From an uncultured bacterium (GTDB lineage Bacteria > Acidobacteriota > Thermoanaerobaculia > Multivoradales > JAHZIX01): a stretch of DNA of 64,000 bases. The translations under genes and the position numbers were made by a program. Below, piece after piece: positions 10,701-19,919 of this stretch (its first letter is position 1; each line of letters opens with the position of its first letter). Where the stretch lies: assembly GCA_965368975.1 (NCBI GenBank), contig CBDUPA010000011.1, forward strand, positions 1 to 64,000. Direction: 5' to 3'. The notes beneath the pieces were generated by a model that was not told the origin of the DNA, did no database searches, and saw nothing but the letters and a program-made list of their open reading frames with translations.

Positions 10701-11898
10701 TGTCGAGCGCCAGGTTTCCGGCGGTCTGTCCCTCGGAGAAAAGGATGAGGCGAGCCAACCACAGGAGATTGAGTGCCGCGGCGAGCGCCAGTGGGCCCGC
10801 GAACAGCATGTCCAGTCCGCTGCGCAGCACCCGTGCTCGGCGCGTGCCGCCGGAAGCCCGCGTCTTCCACGTCGAAACCATGGCCAGCAGCGCTCCCAGG
10901 CAGCTGGCCAGGAGCAGACCCAGCCCGAGCCGGCTGAGCAGCGCGCGCAGCGGTTCGGCTTCGCTGTACACCAGGTCGTTGTCGGGACCGAGTTGGGCAC
11001 GCAGCCGGTGTTCGAGCAGCAGCGGTGAGACGTCGGCTTCCCGCCACACCTGCAGGGCCATGCCCTCCTGCCCCTGGTAGTGCACCCGCCAACCTGGTGG
11101 TTGTCGCCGCCCCTGGATGTCTGCCAGAGCACCGAGCGGCACCGTCTGACCGGGACCGGCGACGATCGGCAAGCGCGCCAGGGAGCTGGGTGTCAGGGAC
11201 CCGTCTGCTGTCTGCCGGGGTGCGGCCTGCACGGGTGCGGCCCGCAGAGGCGCGGCCTGCAGAGGCCGGTGACGACCTTCGACAACCGGGTCTCCCAGCG
11301 GCCGGCGTTCGAGTGTCCGGCTCAGCGCATCGCGCACCGGCGTGGCCAGGGCCAGGGCGCGGGGGCGCAGCTGCACGCGTATTTCCTCAGGCCAGCGACC
11401 GAGGATCTGCACGCGCCGCACGCCGTGGACCGCGCGCAAGCGCTCGGCCAGCTCGACCGCCGCGCTGTCGTCGACCTGGCCGAGCCACACGACCACGGCC
11501 AGATCGCCCTCAGCCGAAGACGCGGGAGCCACCTGCAGCACTGCGCCCCGGGGCAACTGCCGGCGCAGACTGGTCAGCTCGGATTCGAGCCTCGAGGCCT
11601 TGCGCTCCGGATCGGTTCCAGCCGCGAAGCGGACGCGCAGAAAGCCACCGCTGGCCGACACCTGGCCGGCGATACCGCGCACATCGCCGAGGGAGCGGAT
11701 CGCCGATTCCAGCGGCACGATCCACTGGCGGGAAACCTCCAGCGGGTCGCTGGAGTCGGGCAGCCGCAGGGACACCGAGAGTTCGGGAAAACGTGTTTCC
11801 GGCAGGAAGCTCAGGGGCAGCCGCCAAGCTGCCAGGCCGCCGAGCAGCAAGATGGCCGCGGCTACGACCGCGCGCGCGAGAGGGCGCCCTTCCGTCAC
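7705..11898 (-). CDS. RND (AcrB-like) permease fused to a C-terminal ABC ATPase domain
   Basis: AcrB-like N-terminus (RLPLSFLPETRFPELSV...IVPLESAIRSLGDV...LRRQLP); from about aa 1071, Walker A GPNGAGKTT, Q-loop, YSGGM, IVDEPT and STH; one uninterrupted 1397-aa frame. Confidence 0.85.
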   Translation of the reverse strand: MTEGRPLARAVVAAAILLLGGLAAWRLPLSFLPETRFPELSVSLRLPDSSDPLEVSRQWIVPLESAIRSLGDVRGIAGQVSASGGFLRVRFAAGTDPERKASRLESELTSLRRQLPRGAVLQVAPASSAEGDLAVVVWLGQVDDSAAVELAERLRAVHGVRRVQILGRWPEEIRVQLRPRALALATPVRDALSRTLERRPLGDPVVEGRHRPLQAAPLRAAPVQAAPRQTADGSLTPSSLARLPIVAGPGQTVPLGALADIQGRRQPPGWRVHYQGQEGMALQVWREADVSPLLLEHRLRAQLGPDNDLVYSEAEPLRALLSRLGLGLLLASCLGALLAMVSTWKTRASGGTRRARVLRSGLDMLFAGPLALAAALNLLWLARLILFSEGQTAGNLALDILSLPALILGVCTVLPMAAWRLARQREYSWAGSALSCLLSAAALPIAVALASGGLGPMLRDAALTFLLGVAGGLAILPLLSPATHTRRGSGRHDTREQPALPLSRRLLQTLVRQSATVVLFAVTVAASLLIVFGDALDPRAGTLSPDTGELIVEVTMPEGSTLAEMEARVRELEARLDGLADRSQLFGEASAIAGHWSLIGPTRATLYVELQPRHRRPDRRRRMLTRLSYELAQSGQAVTVDSGFAGREGGALRFDDSLEQRPEADEDAFGYRFLLRSTDGEALRTAWLRTRDQLLRHDTRLSHIRTDWGVPSQYLELQPHPYLADRGSTLAAELRRRSSPPRRWRLPGTFERWLTLQLPGYPLRADDVPARAQLLETPLQPGDDANGEPVVVAAQFQTRERLVPPALPRRSGRFELTVDVRFPFSGEDMRRESRDKVHAALATVELPAGSDLERPNLSPLHWQQERLRLLGLALALPLLWLATAVLRLNSLPAGLAALAPATLGLAVATPWIARGAGQVDEFLLLSLAAALCAMQPAALEMAAAILGRPAADGADSGRYGGPHGVGVQVYRPLAASAGWWWWSVLTVVLVLAGPALIPGLEATFSAAAPGQAWRLPLAVAALAAGTSLATTATVLPALLLLGIAWRQRDTVARQQRRDPPAWHQADAPPRLSVRRLTKIYRQPGPRGLLASRGSGFQALRGVSFDLRPGIIGLLGPNGAGKTTLLRLLTGLLEPSRGGLSFHGVEVEPENRAHYRRRIGFLPQEFNAYPDFTAEQFLDYWALEKGIFERAERQRQIERLLRQVGLEEHAGRRVRDYSGGMRQRAGIARALLGDPPILIVDEPTTGLDIESRDAFRQALLAIAGERIILFSTHIASDVDAAASRILLLHRGRLRFDGPPAALVERARGRVFSALVDDQELRDFGHRYRVTARVRTLQGLRLRAVARPGEALAGDAVEPNLEEAYLTEIDRADTDAGRQLRSDRFAFLEERSDDPSFQN

Positions 11899-14800
11899 GC
11901 TGAATCCTCGTCGCCGCGCTCTGGAAGTCGGAAAGTCTGCTCCTTCTCGGGGTGGGTCGCTAGCCGGTAGAGAGCCGGTACCAGCAGCAGTGACGCGAAG
12001 GTCGAGGTCACGAGGCCGCCGAGTACCGCCAGGCTGAGTGCGCGTCGCAGCTCGACGCCTTCACCGCCTAGCAGGGCGAGCGGCAGCATGCCGAGCAGGG
12101 TCGTGATGGTGGTCATCAGGATCGGTCGATAGCGTTCCGCCGCGGCACCGCTGAGGGCGTCGAGGGCGGCGGCTCCCGCGCGCCGCAACTGCTCGACACG
12201 GTGCACCAGCACGATGGCGTTGTTGACCACGATGCCGGTGAGCAGGATGAGTCCCAGGAAGGACATGACGTTGAGCGTCTGGCCGGCCACGGTGAGCAAT
12301 GCGACGGCACCCGCGGCCGCCACGGGCACCGTGCTCATCACCACCGCCGGCAGGCGCAGACTCTCGTAGGTGGCGGCGAGGGTGAGAAAGACCAGCACCA
12401 CGGACAGCGCCAACGCCAGAAGAAGCTGTCCGAACGAGCGCTGTAGTTCCAGTGCCGCGCCGCCAGGCCGCACGGCTTCATCCGCGGCCAGGGGCAGCTC
12501 GTCGAGCACGGCTTGTAGCCGGCGAGCCGCCAGGCCGCGCGGGTCGACATCGAGCACCAACCGCACCGACGGACGACCGTCGAAGCGCTGCTCGCGCGGC
12601 GGCCGCAAATCGTCGTGCAGTTGCGCCAGCGCGGCCAGGGGGAGCACGCGGGCGTCGTTGTCTCCCGGGGTGCGCACCGGACCGATGGGCAGGGTCGCCA
12701 GGTCGGCCGGCTGACTGCGCTCAACCCGGATTTCGGGCTCCACGCCGGGCATGTCCACGCGGCCGGCGAGCTGCGGGCCAAGTGCGGCGCGCACCTGGCT
12801 CTCGAGCGCCGCTCGGTCGAGTTGCAATTCGCTCAGCCGTGCCTCGTCCCAGCTCAGGCGCAGCGCCGGTCGTGGTCGGCTGAGTTGTTCGCGATAAGGA
12901 GAGATTCCCAGCCGCTCGGCGACATGTGCGCGGACTCGCTCGGCCAGGGCTTCGGCGCGTGCCGGTTCCGCCGCCGAGACTTCGATCTCGACCCGTCTGC
13001 GCGCCCGCTCCAGCACCTCGACGAAGGCACTCTGGCGCAGGTCGACCTGGGCGCGAATACCGGCGACGCCGCGCACGGCAGCTTCCAGTGCTGACAATCG
13101 CTCTGCAGTATCGGCGGTCTCGGCGCCGAAGGTCAGCTCCAGGTGGCCGATGCCGGTCTCCGTACCGGCGCTATCGCGACGACCGAGATCGTTGCCAGGC
13201 AATGTGCGGCTGCGTTCTTCGTCGGCACCGCGCGCCGAGACGAGCTGCACCAATCCAGGTCCGGCCGCGCGCCGCACTGCCGCCTCTACCGCGCCGCCGC
13301 GCGCCTCGAGGTCGTCGAGTGTCAAGCCTGGGGGTGCCTGCCAGGTCACCAGCACTGTGCGGGCCGCCGCATCCGGCATCAACTCGCGCGGTAGCTGCCT
13401 GCCGAGCTGCGCTGCCGCGGCGAGCAGGATCAGGGTCGGCAACAGCACGAGCCAGGGATGGCGCAGGCACGGTCGCAGCAGGCGCAGGTAGGCTCGCCGG
13501 CCAGGGTGAGAGCCACCCGTCGTAGCAGCGCTGACTTCCTGCCGTGGGCCACGCTGGCGTCCGCCGCTGAGCACGGGCGTCACGGTCAAGGAGAAGAGCA
13601 GCGAGACAGCGAGTGAGCTGACGATGGCGAACGCCTGGGTGCCGAAGAAGGCGCGCGCCAGGCCGTGCAGGTAGAGCAAGGGCAGGAAGACGACGGCGGT
13701 GGTGACGAAGCCGGCGACGACCGCTCCGGCGATCTGCCGGCCACCGGCCAACGCCGGAGACATGTTGCGGTCGCCGCCCTGGCGTTGCCGTTCGCGCGCG
13801 CTCTCGATCGCTTCCAGTACGACGATCGAGTTGTCGACCAGCATGCCCGCGGCCAGAGCCAGTCCGGCCAGCGACACGACATCGAGAGAGATGTTCCACA
13901 GGTAGAAGGCGGCGAAAGCGGTGATGATCGAAGCCGGGATGACGACGGCGAGTGCTAGCGTCGGCGCCCAACGACCGAGCAGGGCGCGCAGCACCAGCGT
14001 GCCCAGGAACAGGCCCACCAGCGCCGCGAGACCGAGCTGCCGCAGCGCATCGACGACTTCGCCGCTGCTGTCGCTGACCAGCCGCAGGGTTAGTGTTCCG
14101 TCTCCGGTAGTGTTCCCTGTCATTTCACTGGTACCGCGCCGGCTCAGTTCCGCCACCCGCTCGCGTATTCGTTCGGCCAAGGCGACGGCGTTGGCGCCGG
14201 GCGCTCGGAAGATGCGCACCAGCGCACCGTCTTCGCCATCGAGTCGGAACCAGGAGCCGTCGTGCAGGGTCTCCAGGCTGACGTCCGCGACATCGCGCAG
14301 CAGTGCGCGCGGGGGGCCGCTGATGCTGCCCTTTGAGGTGCTGCCCTTGGTTGGGATGGTCAAGGAGCGCAGCTGTTCCAGCGAGTAGACGGCCTCCCGC
14401 ACGACCAAGGGCCGCACGGTGCCGCCCGCCCGGGCGCGGCCGGCGCTCTCGGGCAGGCCGATACGGCTCAGCCGGGCCACCAAGTCGGCGGCGGTCAGGT
14501 CACGGGCGGCGAGAGCCGCCGAGCGCGGCGTGACTACCACGTGCCGTGGTGCCAGGCCTAGCAATTCCAGGCGCCCAGCGCCTTGCAGCCGGGCCAGCTC
14601 CGGCGCCAGTACCTTGCGCACGAAGGCGGTGCGCGCCCCTGGTGAAGAACCACCGAGCACCGCCACTTCGACGATCGGCGCCTTGTCTCCGACCGCCAGC
14701 TCGACGGTCAGGTCGCGCGGCGCGTCTTCGAGCGCCGCCAGCCGCCGCTCGGTCTCGATGCGCAGGCGGTCCGGGTCGGTCTGCCATTCGCTCTCGACTA

Positions 14801-15068
14801 CCACCCGGCTGATGCCGTCTCCCGTCTCGCTACGGATCGAGGTGACGCCCGCCAGCGAGGCCAAGCGCCGCTCCAGCGGTTCGGTCACCCCGAGCAGCAA
14901 CTCTTCGCGCGAGCGGTCGTCGGCGCGGGCGGTGATCACCAGCTGCGGCCGTTCGACATTCGGCAGCAGCGACACCGGCAGGCGCAGCAGCGAGAACAAG
15001 CCCAGTACCATCAGCGTCAGGGCACCGATCAGCGTCGAGACAGGCCGCTCGACGGCGAGACGGATCAC
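11895..15068 (-). CDS. RND efflux permease (AcrB/AcrD/AcrF family)
   Basis: RPVST start, GMLVDNSIVVLE (TM4), GIVVNNAIVL (TM10), RYRPILMTT (TM11); 1057 aa. Confidence 0.93.
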   Translation of the reverse strand: MIRLAVERPVSTLIGALTLMVLGLFSLLRLPVSLLPNVERPQLVITARADDRSREELLLGVTEPLERRLASLAGVTSIRSETGDGISRVVVESEWQTDPDRLRIETERRLAALEDAPRDLTVELAVGDKAPIVEVAVLGGSSPGARTAFVRKVLAPELARLQGAGRLELLGLAPRHVVVTPRSAALAARDLTAADLVARLSRIGLPESAGRARAGGTVRPLVVREAVYSLEQLRSLTIPTKGSTSKGSISGPPRALLRDVADVSLETLHDGSWFRLDGEDGALVRIFRAPGANAVALAERIRERVAELSRRGTSEMTGNTTGDGTLTLRLVSDSSGEVVDALRQLGLAALVGLFLGTLVLRALLGRWAPTLALAVVIPASIITAFAAFYLWNISLDVVSLAGLALAAGMLVDNSIVVLEAIESARERQRQGGDRNMSPALAGGRQIAGAVVAGFVTTAVVFLPLLYLHGLARAFFGTQAFAIVSSLAVSLLFSLTVTPVLSGGRQRGPRQEVSAATTGGSHPGRRAYLRLLRPCLRHPWLVLLPTLILLAAAAQLGRQLPRELMPDAAARTVLVTWQAPPGLTLDDLEARGGAVEAAVRRAAGPGLVQLVSARGADEERSRTLPGNDLGRRDSAGTETGIGHLELTFGAETADTAERLSALEAAVRGVAGIRAQVDLRQSAFVEVLERARRRVEIEVSAAEPARAEALAERVRAHVAERLGISPYREQLSRPRPALRLSWDEARLSELQLDRAALESQVRAALGPQLAGRVDMPGVEPEIRVERSQPADLATLPIGPVRTPGDNDARVLPLAALAQLHDDLRPPREQRFDGRPSVRLVLDVDPRGLAARRLQAVLDELPLAADEAVRPGGAALELQRSFGQLLLALALSVVLVFLTLAATYESLRLPAVVMSTVPVAAAGAVALLTVAGQTLNVMSFLGLILLTGIVVNNAIVLVHRVEQLRRAGAAALDALSGAAAERYRPILMTTITTLLGMLPLALLGGEGVELRRALSLAVLGGLVTSTFASLLLVPALYRLATHPEKEQTFRLPERGDEDSA

Positions 15069-16315
15069 GGCTGGCCCTCGTTCGCTTCACTACCGTCCGT
15101 GCCATTCTCGGAGTCGCCATTCTCGGAGTTGTCGCCTTGCTCGCTGCTGCGGCCGGGGTCGCTATCGGCACTGCGCGCCAAAGCTCCGTCGCTGAGGAAC
15201 GACACACCGTCGACGGCGACGCGATCGCCGGCCACCACGCCCGAGAGGATCTCGATACGACCCTCGCCACGGCCGCCCAGCTCGACGCCACGCCGCTCGG
15301 CGCGGTAGCCGCCGCCGGTCGACTGCAGCACATAGACCGAGGCGTTGCCCTCGTCCACCAGCACGGCCTGCTCGGGCAGCGTGAGCACGTTCCGCCGCTC
15401 GCTCATCTCGACCTTCACCTGCACGCCCTCGCCGGGTGCCGGCAGGTTGGTGACATCCAAGACTTCCATCACCACCCGCACCGTACCGCCCGCGTCGACC
15501 ACCGGTGCCACTTCGCGGATCGTTCCCTCGCCGCCATAGGTGGTGCCGCCGGGCGGCGCGAAGCGTACCGTCAAGCCGGGCTTCAAGTTGTCGCGCTCGG
15601 CAGCGGCGGCCCAACCCTCGACCCTCGGCGCGCCCTGGCTGGCGATCTCGGCCAGCACGCCGCCGGCCAGGATCTCCGAGCCGGGCGGCAGCAGCCGCTG
15701 CACGATCAGGTGCCCCGAGGCCGATGCCCGCACATCCAGCCGTCGTGCTCGTTGACGGGCGTCGTCGAGTCGCTTGCCTGCCAGTTCGGCTTGTAGCTGG
15801 GCGCGCTCCAGCTCGGCCTCGGCGACCAAGCCTTCGTCGAAGCTGCGTTGCATGCGCTCCAGCTCCGCCGTCGCCGAGCGTGCCTCCAGCTCGGCCTCGG
15901 TCAGGCGCAGCTGCAGATCCTGGTTCTCGACCACCGCCAAGATCTCACCGTCGCGGACCGCCTCGCCGGTGCGCAGACCGGCACGGAAGCGCCGCGGGTA
16001 GCTGACGATGCCGCTGGCCGGGCTCACCACCGCCACCGTGGCCGCTGGCTGTACCGAGCCCAGCAGGGTCAGGGTAGCCCGATGCGGTGCGCGCGTCAGC
16101 ACCTCGGTGGTGACAGTGACCGCGGGTTCCTGCGGCTGGAAGGGCTCTGGCTGCTGGCAGGCCGTCAGGCTCAGGATGAGACCGGGAAACAGCACCGCGC
16201 GCAGCAGGATGGAGGCAACGCGGGCAGTCGAGCGGCGGGCGGTCGAGCGGCGGGCGGTCGAGCGGCGGGCGGTCGAGCGGCGGGCAGTCGAGCGGTGGGC
16301 AGAAAGTCGAGGCAT
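15065..16315 (-). CDS. RND periplasmic adaptor (membrane fusion protein), lipoprotein
   Basis: Lipobox LSLTAC, lipoyl halves flanking a coiled hairpin, C-terminal VELGGRGEGRIEILSGVVAGDRV. ATG 16315 has GGAG upstream; alternative GTG at 16351. Confidence 0.9.
   Translation of the reverse strand: MPRLSAHRSTARRSTARRSTARRSTARRSTARVASILLRAVLFPGLILSLTACQQPEPFQPQEPAVTVTTEVLTRAPHRATLTLLGSVQPAATVAVVSPASGIVSYPRRFRAGLRTGEAVRDGEILAVVENQDLQLRLTEAELEARSATAELERMQRSFDEGLVAEAELERAQLQAELAGKRLDDARQRARRLDVRASASGHLIVQRLLPPGSEILAGGVLAEIASQGAPRVEGWAAAAERDNLKPGLTVRFAPPGGTTYGGEGTIREVAPVVDAGGTVRVVMEVLDVTNLPAPGEGVQVKVEMSERRNVLTLPEQAVLVDEGNASVYVLQSTGGGYRAERRGVELGGRGEGRIEILSGVVAGDRVAVDGVSFLSDGALARSADSDPGRSSEQGDNSENGDSENGTDGSEANEGQP
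16221..16302. repeat. 15-bp tandem repeat (5 copies plus a partial) encoding RSTAR units in the MFP signal n-region
   Basis: cgggcrgtcgagcgg units start at 16221, 16236, 16251, 16266 and 16281. Confidence 0.95.
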
Positions 16316-16347
16316 GGTCGTCTCCGGTGGGCTCAATTCAGGGGGAC

Positions 16348-17079
16348 TCACTTCAGCAGGGTTTCCGGGCGCAGCAGTCGGCGCCGGGCATAGAGAAAGA
16401 ACAGCACGATGGCCGCGATCAGCACGGCCAAGTGGGTCGACCACTCGAGTGCCTCCTCGGCGCTGGGCAAGAAGATGCCGCTCTTGGAGTGATAGCGGTT
16501 GGGCATCGGATCGAAAAAGAACCAGCGTTGCAACAGCAGGATGGTGATCACGGAGGCGCTCCACACGGCTCCGGCCGAGTGCACGTGCACCGCCCAGAAG
16601 AGCACCACGCTGCCGAGCAGCGCGTTGGCGGCCAGCACCTGCAACACCACGGACACCAGCGGGAACGGGTCGGTACCGAAGAACCAGAAGCCGAGTAGCA
16701 CCAGCAGCGCCTGGGCGCCGGTAATCGTCAGCACGGCGCCGATGCGCCGCAAGAAGTACGCCTCTACGCTGGCCGTGGTCAGCGCCAGGTCGAGACTGCC
16801 AGCTTGCCGCTCCAGCGCCACCAGGTTGGCCATGGCGGGTACCCCGAGGAGCAGCAACGGGTGCAGCGTGACGCTACGGTAGACCTGGCTCAGGCCACCC
16901 CCGGCAATCCACATCAGCAGCAGCTGGCCGATCACCAGGACGGCGTCGAGGATCAGGAACAGGACTTCTCGACGTCCCAACAACAAGCCCAGCGACAGCC
17001 GCAGGCGCCGCAGTTCGGCGCCTGGACGTCCTTCCAGGAGGCGCTGGCGCCAGGAGGGCCTGGGCTCGGGCCGATTCAC
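16348..17079 (-). CDS. small ABC-2-type permease subunit
   Basis: About 6 TM segments with ANLVALERQAGSLDLALT (ER-x-x-G coupling motif); GTGA overlap with the upstream gene. Confidence 0.7.
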   Translation of the reverse strand: MNRPEPRPSWRQRLLEGRPGAELRRLRLSLGLLLGRREVLFLILDAVLVIGQLLLMWIAGGGLSQVYRSVTLHPLLLLGVPAMANLVALERQAGSLDLALTTASVEAYFLRRIGAVLTITGAQALLVLLGFWFFGTDPFPLVSVVLQVLAANALLGSVVLFWAVHVHSAGAVWSASVITILLLQRWFFFDPMPNRYHSKSGIFLPSAEEALEWSTHLAVLIAAIVLFFLYARRRLLRPETLLK

Positions 17080-19919
17080 AGCTGGTACTCCACGCGGGTC
17101 AGACCGTCGCGGGCGAAGCGGAAGCACTTGCCGCCGGGGTCGAGGGCCAGCGCCTGGGGCGGATAGCTGGTGCTGAGCTGGAAGGAGACGCTGCCACCGC
17201 TGCTGCCACCACTGCCGACCTCGATCACCGTCTCGGCCGGGGCCAGGTCGGTGAACAGCACCAGCGGGCAGCGGACCGCGCCATCGCCCTCGTTCACCAC
17301 GCGGCCGCTCGCCAGCCAGCGATTTCCCTGGCGTTGAAAGCGGACGTCGCGCAGCACCGGCTCGGGCAGCGCGGAGCCGGTGAGGAGCTGTTGATGGAAG
17401 TCTTGCAGGTCGACGCCGGAGATCTCTTCGAGCAGGTCCATCAGTTCGGAGAGGTGACCGGCCTGGTCGATCGGATGGTCCTCCGATGGGACCAGGAAGC
17501 GATCGACGGCCTCGTAGAGGTTAGGGGTGCCGACCAGGTACTGCAGGTAGTGCAGCAGCGCTGGCAGGCGGCTGCTCAGGGAAGAACTCCACGGCGACCT
17601 GGCGTCGAGGATCGACGCGCGTAGACCGTCCTTGAGCCAGGCTTTGGCGTGCACCACGGCGCTCGGCTCCTCGAGTTCCCCCAGCCGCTGGCGTACCAGC
17701 TGATCGAGCAGCGCGGCCATCAGGATCTCCTGGTCGCTGGCGATCGTCCGTGTGTGGCGAATCTGCGCGCGCGCCAGCTCGGACACCAGCGCACTCGTGC
17801 GCAGAGCCTTGGTGCGCACCAGCTCCGCTTCGTTGACCAGGACCACCTTGCCGAAGGTAGCTCGTTCCTGCCGCGGAAAGAACGACAGCCACCAGCCTGA
17901 AAAGCCGCGAGCCGACATGGGCTGCTCGAGGAAGATCAGGCCCTGACCAGAAGTGACGCCCGGCCACGCCTCATCCAATTTCTTGCGCGCGTTGTCCAGT
18001 GCTGGTCGGTGAAGAGCGGCCTGGTGCCGGTGTTGCGGCAGGACGGCCAGCTGCAGCCTTTCGCCGGTCGTAGCGCCGGCTGTATCGCTGGCCGTCAAGC
18101 TGGTAGAGGCTCGGCTGGGCTGATCGTCGGCAACCAGCACCAAGGGGCCTCCGAGCACGCCGATGCGATCAAGGGGCAGACGGCACGAGCTGCGCAGCGC
18201 CCGCGCGTCCGCCCGGTCGCCCGTTCGTGCACCCGTCTCGGCAGGCACGACCTCACCGCAAGCACTGGCCAGCAGCCATCGTGCCGGCACGCCCAAGTCC
18301 AGCTCGAAGGTGGCCAGCGGAAAGATCTGCTCCTCGGGCACCTCGTTCCCGGGGCCACCGGGCGATGTCGGTGGAGGGGTCAGCTGCCAGGTCGTGTAGC
18401 GAGGCAGCGGCAGCAGGGACGCACCGGTCAGGAAGACACTCCGTGTCTGTGCGTTGCGGTGGCGGCTGCTGTGTCCCAGCTCGGAGAGATCCTGCGGCTG
18501 GGTCCCACTCAGGAAGTTCTGGTAGCGGATGTTGAAGGGCATGCTGCCGACTCCGCGCAAGCGGAAAGCCACCGTCTCGGAGTACCCTTCGAGCTGCAGG
18601 CGTAGCGTGCGTGACTCGCCGGCCTCCAGAGGCGGTTGCAGGTCGAGCCGCAGTCGATCCCACTGCCGGTGCACCGAGACGCCCTCGTCGACGGGTTGCG
18701 CGTCGAGACCAGCGTTGAGCTGCAGCATCAGGGCTGGCAGCGCTTCGGCGCCCGTGTTACGGAAGGTGAGGTCGACGTCTGCCTGCAGCTGTCCGTCTGG
18801 CACCAGGCGTCCGCGCAGCGCGTAGCGCTCGGGAACCAGCGTGCGTGGATTGACCAGAGCCTCCTGATCCATCTCGGCGGCGAAGCGCTCGGCCGCCAAC
18901 TGCTGGAAGTGCTCGCTGCGCGCTAGCCGATAGCCGGACACCGCCAGCAGGAGTAGCGCTGCCAGGCTCAGCATGGCCAGATCTGCCGCCAGCGGCTTGG
19001 GGTCTGGCCAGTAGCGCATGCGCAGGTTGCTCAGCCAGTTGAGATAGGTGCGCAGAGGATGCTTGGGCGAGATGCGCCAGGGGCGAACATCCGGAGCCGT
19101 GCGGCGTAGGAAGAGGGTCGCGGGACCGAGCAGGCAGACGGCCAGTGTCAGTACGAAGAGGCTGTGCGCGAGCAGCGTGTCGAGGATGAGCTGCAGGTCC
19201 ATCGGTGCCTCGCTGAAGCTGATCTGACCCAAGCCGAAGCGCTGCGACTCCGGGGCGTTGGTTTGCAGCACCAGGCTCAACCACACGGCGAAGGTTGTCG
19301 AATGCGGCCATTCGGCGGATTCCCAGGTGGTGTGGAAACGGGCTAACAGTTGCAGCAGCAGCGGTGAGGCGACCAGGGTCAGGCCGAGGTAGAAGAGTAA
19401 GAAGCCGATCCAGCTACCGGTGATGGTGCCGATGGCCAGGGCGCCACCGGAAGCCGCGAGAAGAGACGGCAGCACCCATAGCAGCCAGGGCAAGAAGTAA
19501 TGACCGACTTCGGCCGCGGGTAGCCCCAGAGTCACGGGAAGCAAGGAGGTGAGGAGCGGCGGCAGCAGGGTCCAGGGCAGCAGGGTGGAGACCACTCCAC
19601 ACCAGCGTGCCAGCAGGTAGCTGGCGTTGCTCACCCCGGTCAGGCCGACCACCGCCCACGCGCCCTCGGAGCGCTCGCGCTCGATGGCGTCCATGGCGAC
19701 CAGTGCCGACAGCACGGCAACCAGGAACACCTGCAGCTCGAAAGTCGGCTGCAGGTAGCTGACGGTGCCCACCAACACGTCGCTACGGTCGCGCAGCAGC
19801 AGCTGGTAGAGCACCGGCAGCATGCTGCCCGCCAGGTACAGGGCGACCAGCAGCCGGTAGCGCGTACTGCGCAGCTGTGTCCGCCATTCGTGCGCGATGA
19901 AGGCGCGCAACAGCGTCAT
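17076..19919 (-). CDS. ABC-2 permease fused to an M1-aminopeptidase-like extracytoplasmic domain (catalytically degenerate)
   Basis: N-terminal TMs with ERERSEGAW; C-terminal M1-like beta domains; SELAR where HExxH is expected. ATG 19919 overlaps the upstream stop (ATGA). Confidence 0.75.
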   Translation of the reverse strand: MTLLRAFIAHEWRTQLRSTRYRLLVALYLAGSMLPVLYQLLLRDRSDVLVGTVSYLQPTFELQVFLVAVLSALVAMDAIERERSEGAWAVVGLTGVSNASYLLARWCGVVSTLLPWTLLPPLLTSLLPVTLGLPAAEVGHYFLPWLLWVLPSLLAASGGALAIGTITGSWIGFLLFYLGLTLVASPLLLQLLARFHTTWESAEWPHSTTFAVWLSLVLQTNAPESQRFGLGQISFSEAPMDLQLILDTLLAHSLFVLTLAVCLLGPATLFLRRTAPDVRPWRISPKHPLRTYLNWLSNLRMRYWPDPKPLAADLAMLSLAALLLLAVSGYRLARSEHFQQLAAERFAAEMDQEALVNPRTLVPERYALRGRLVPDGQLQADVDLTFRNTGAEALPALMLQLNAGLDAQPVDEGVSVHRQWDRLRLDLQPPLEAGESRTLRLQLEGYSETVAFRLRGVGSMPFNIRYQNFLSGTQPQDLSELGHSSRHRNAQTRSVFLTGASLLPLPRYTTWQLTPPPTSPGGPGNEVPEEQIFPLATFELDLGVPARWLLASACGEVVPAETGARTGDRADARALRSSCRLPLDRIGVLGGPLVLVADDQPSRASTSLTASDTAGATTGERLQLAVLPQHRHQAALHRPALDNARKKLDEAWPGVTSGQGLIFLEQPMSARGFSGWWLSFFPRQERATFGKVVLVNEAELVRTKALRTSALVSELARAQIRHTRTIASDQEILMAALLDQLVRQRLGELEEPSAVVHAKAWLKDGLRASILDARSPWSSSLSSRLPALLHYLQYLVGTPNLYEAVDRFLVPSEDHPIDQAGHLSELMDLLEEISGVDLQDFHQQLLTGSALPEPVLRDVRFQRQGNRWLASGRVVNEGDGAVRCPLVLFTDLAPAETVIEVGSGGSSGGSVSFQLSTSYPPQALALDPGGKCFRFARDGLTRVEYQL

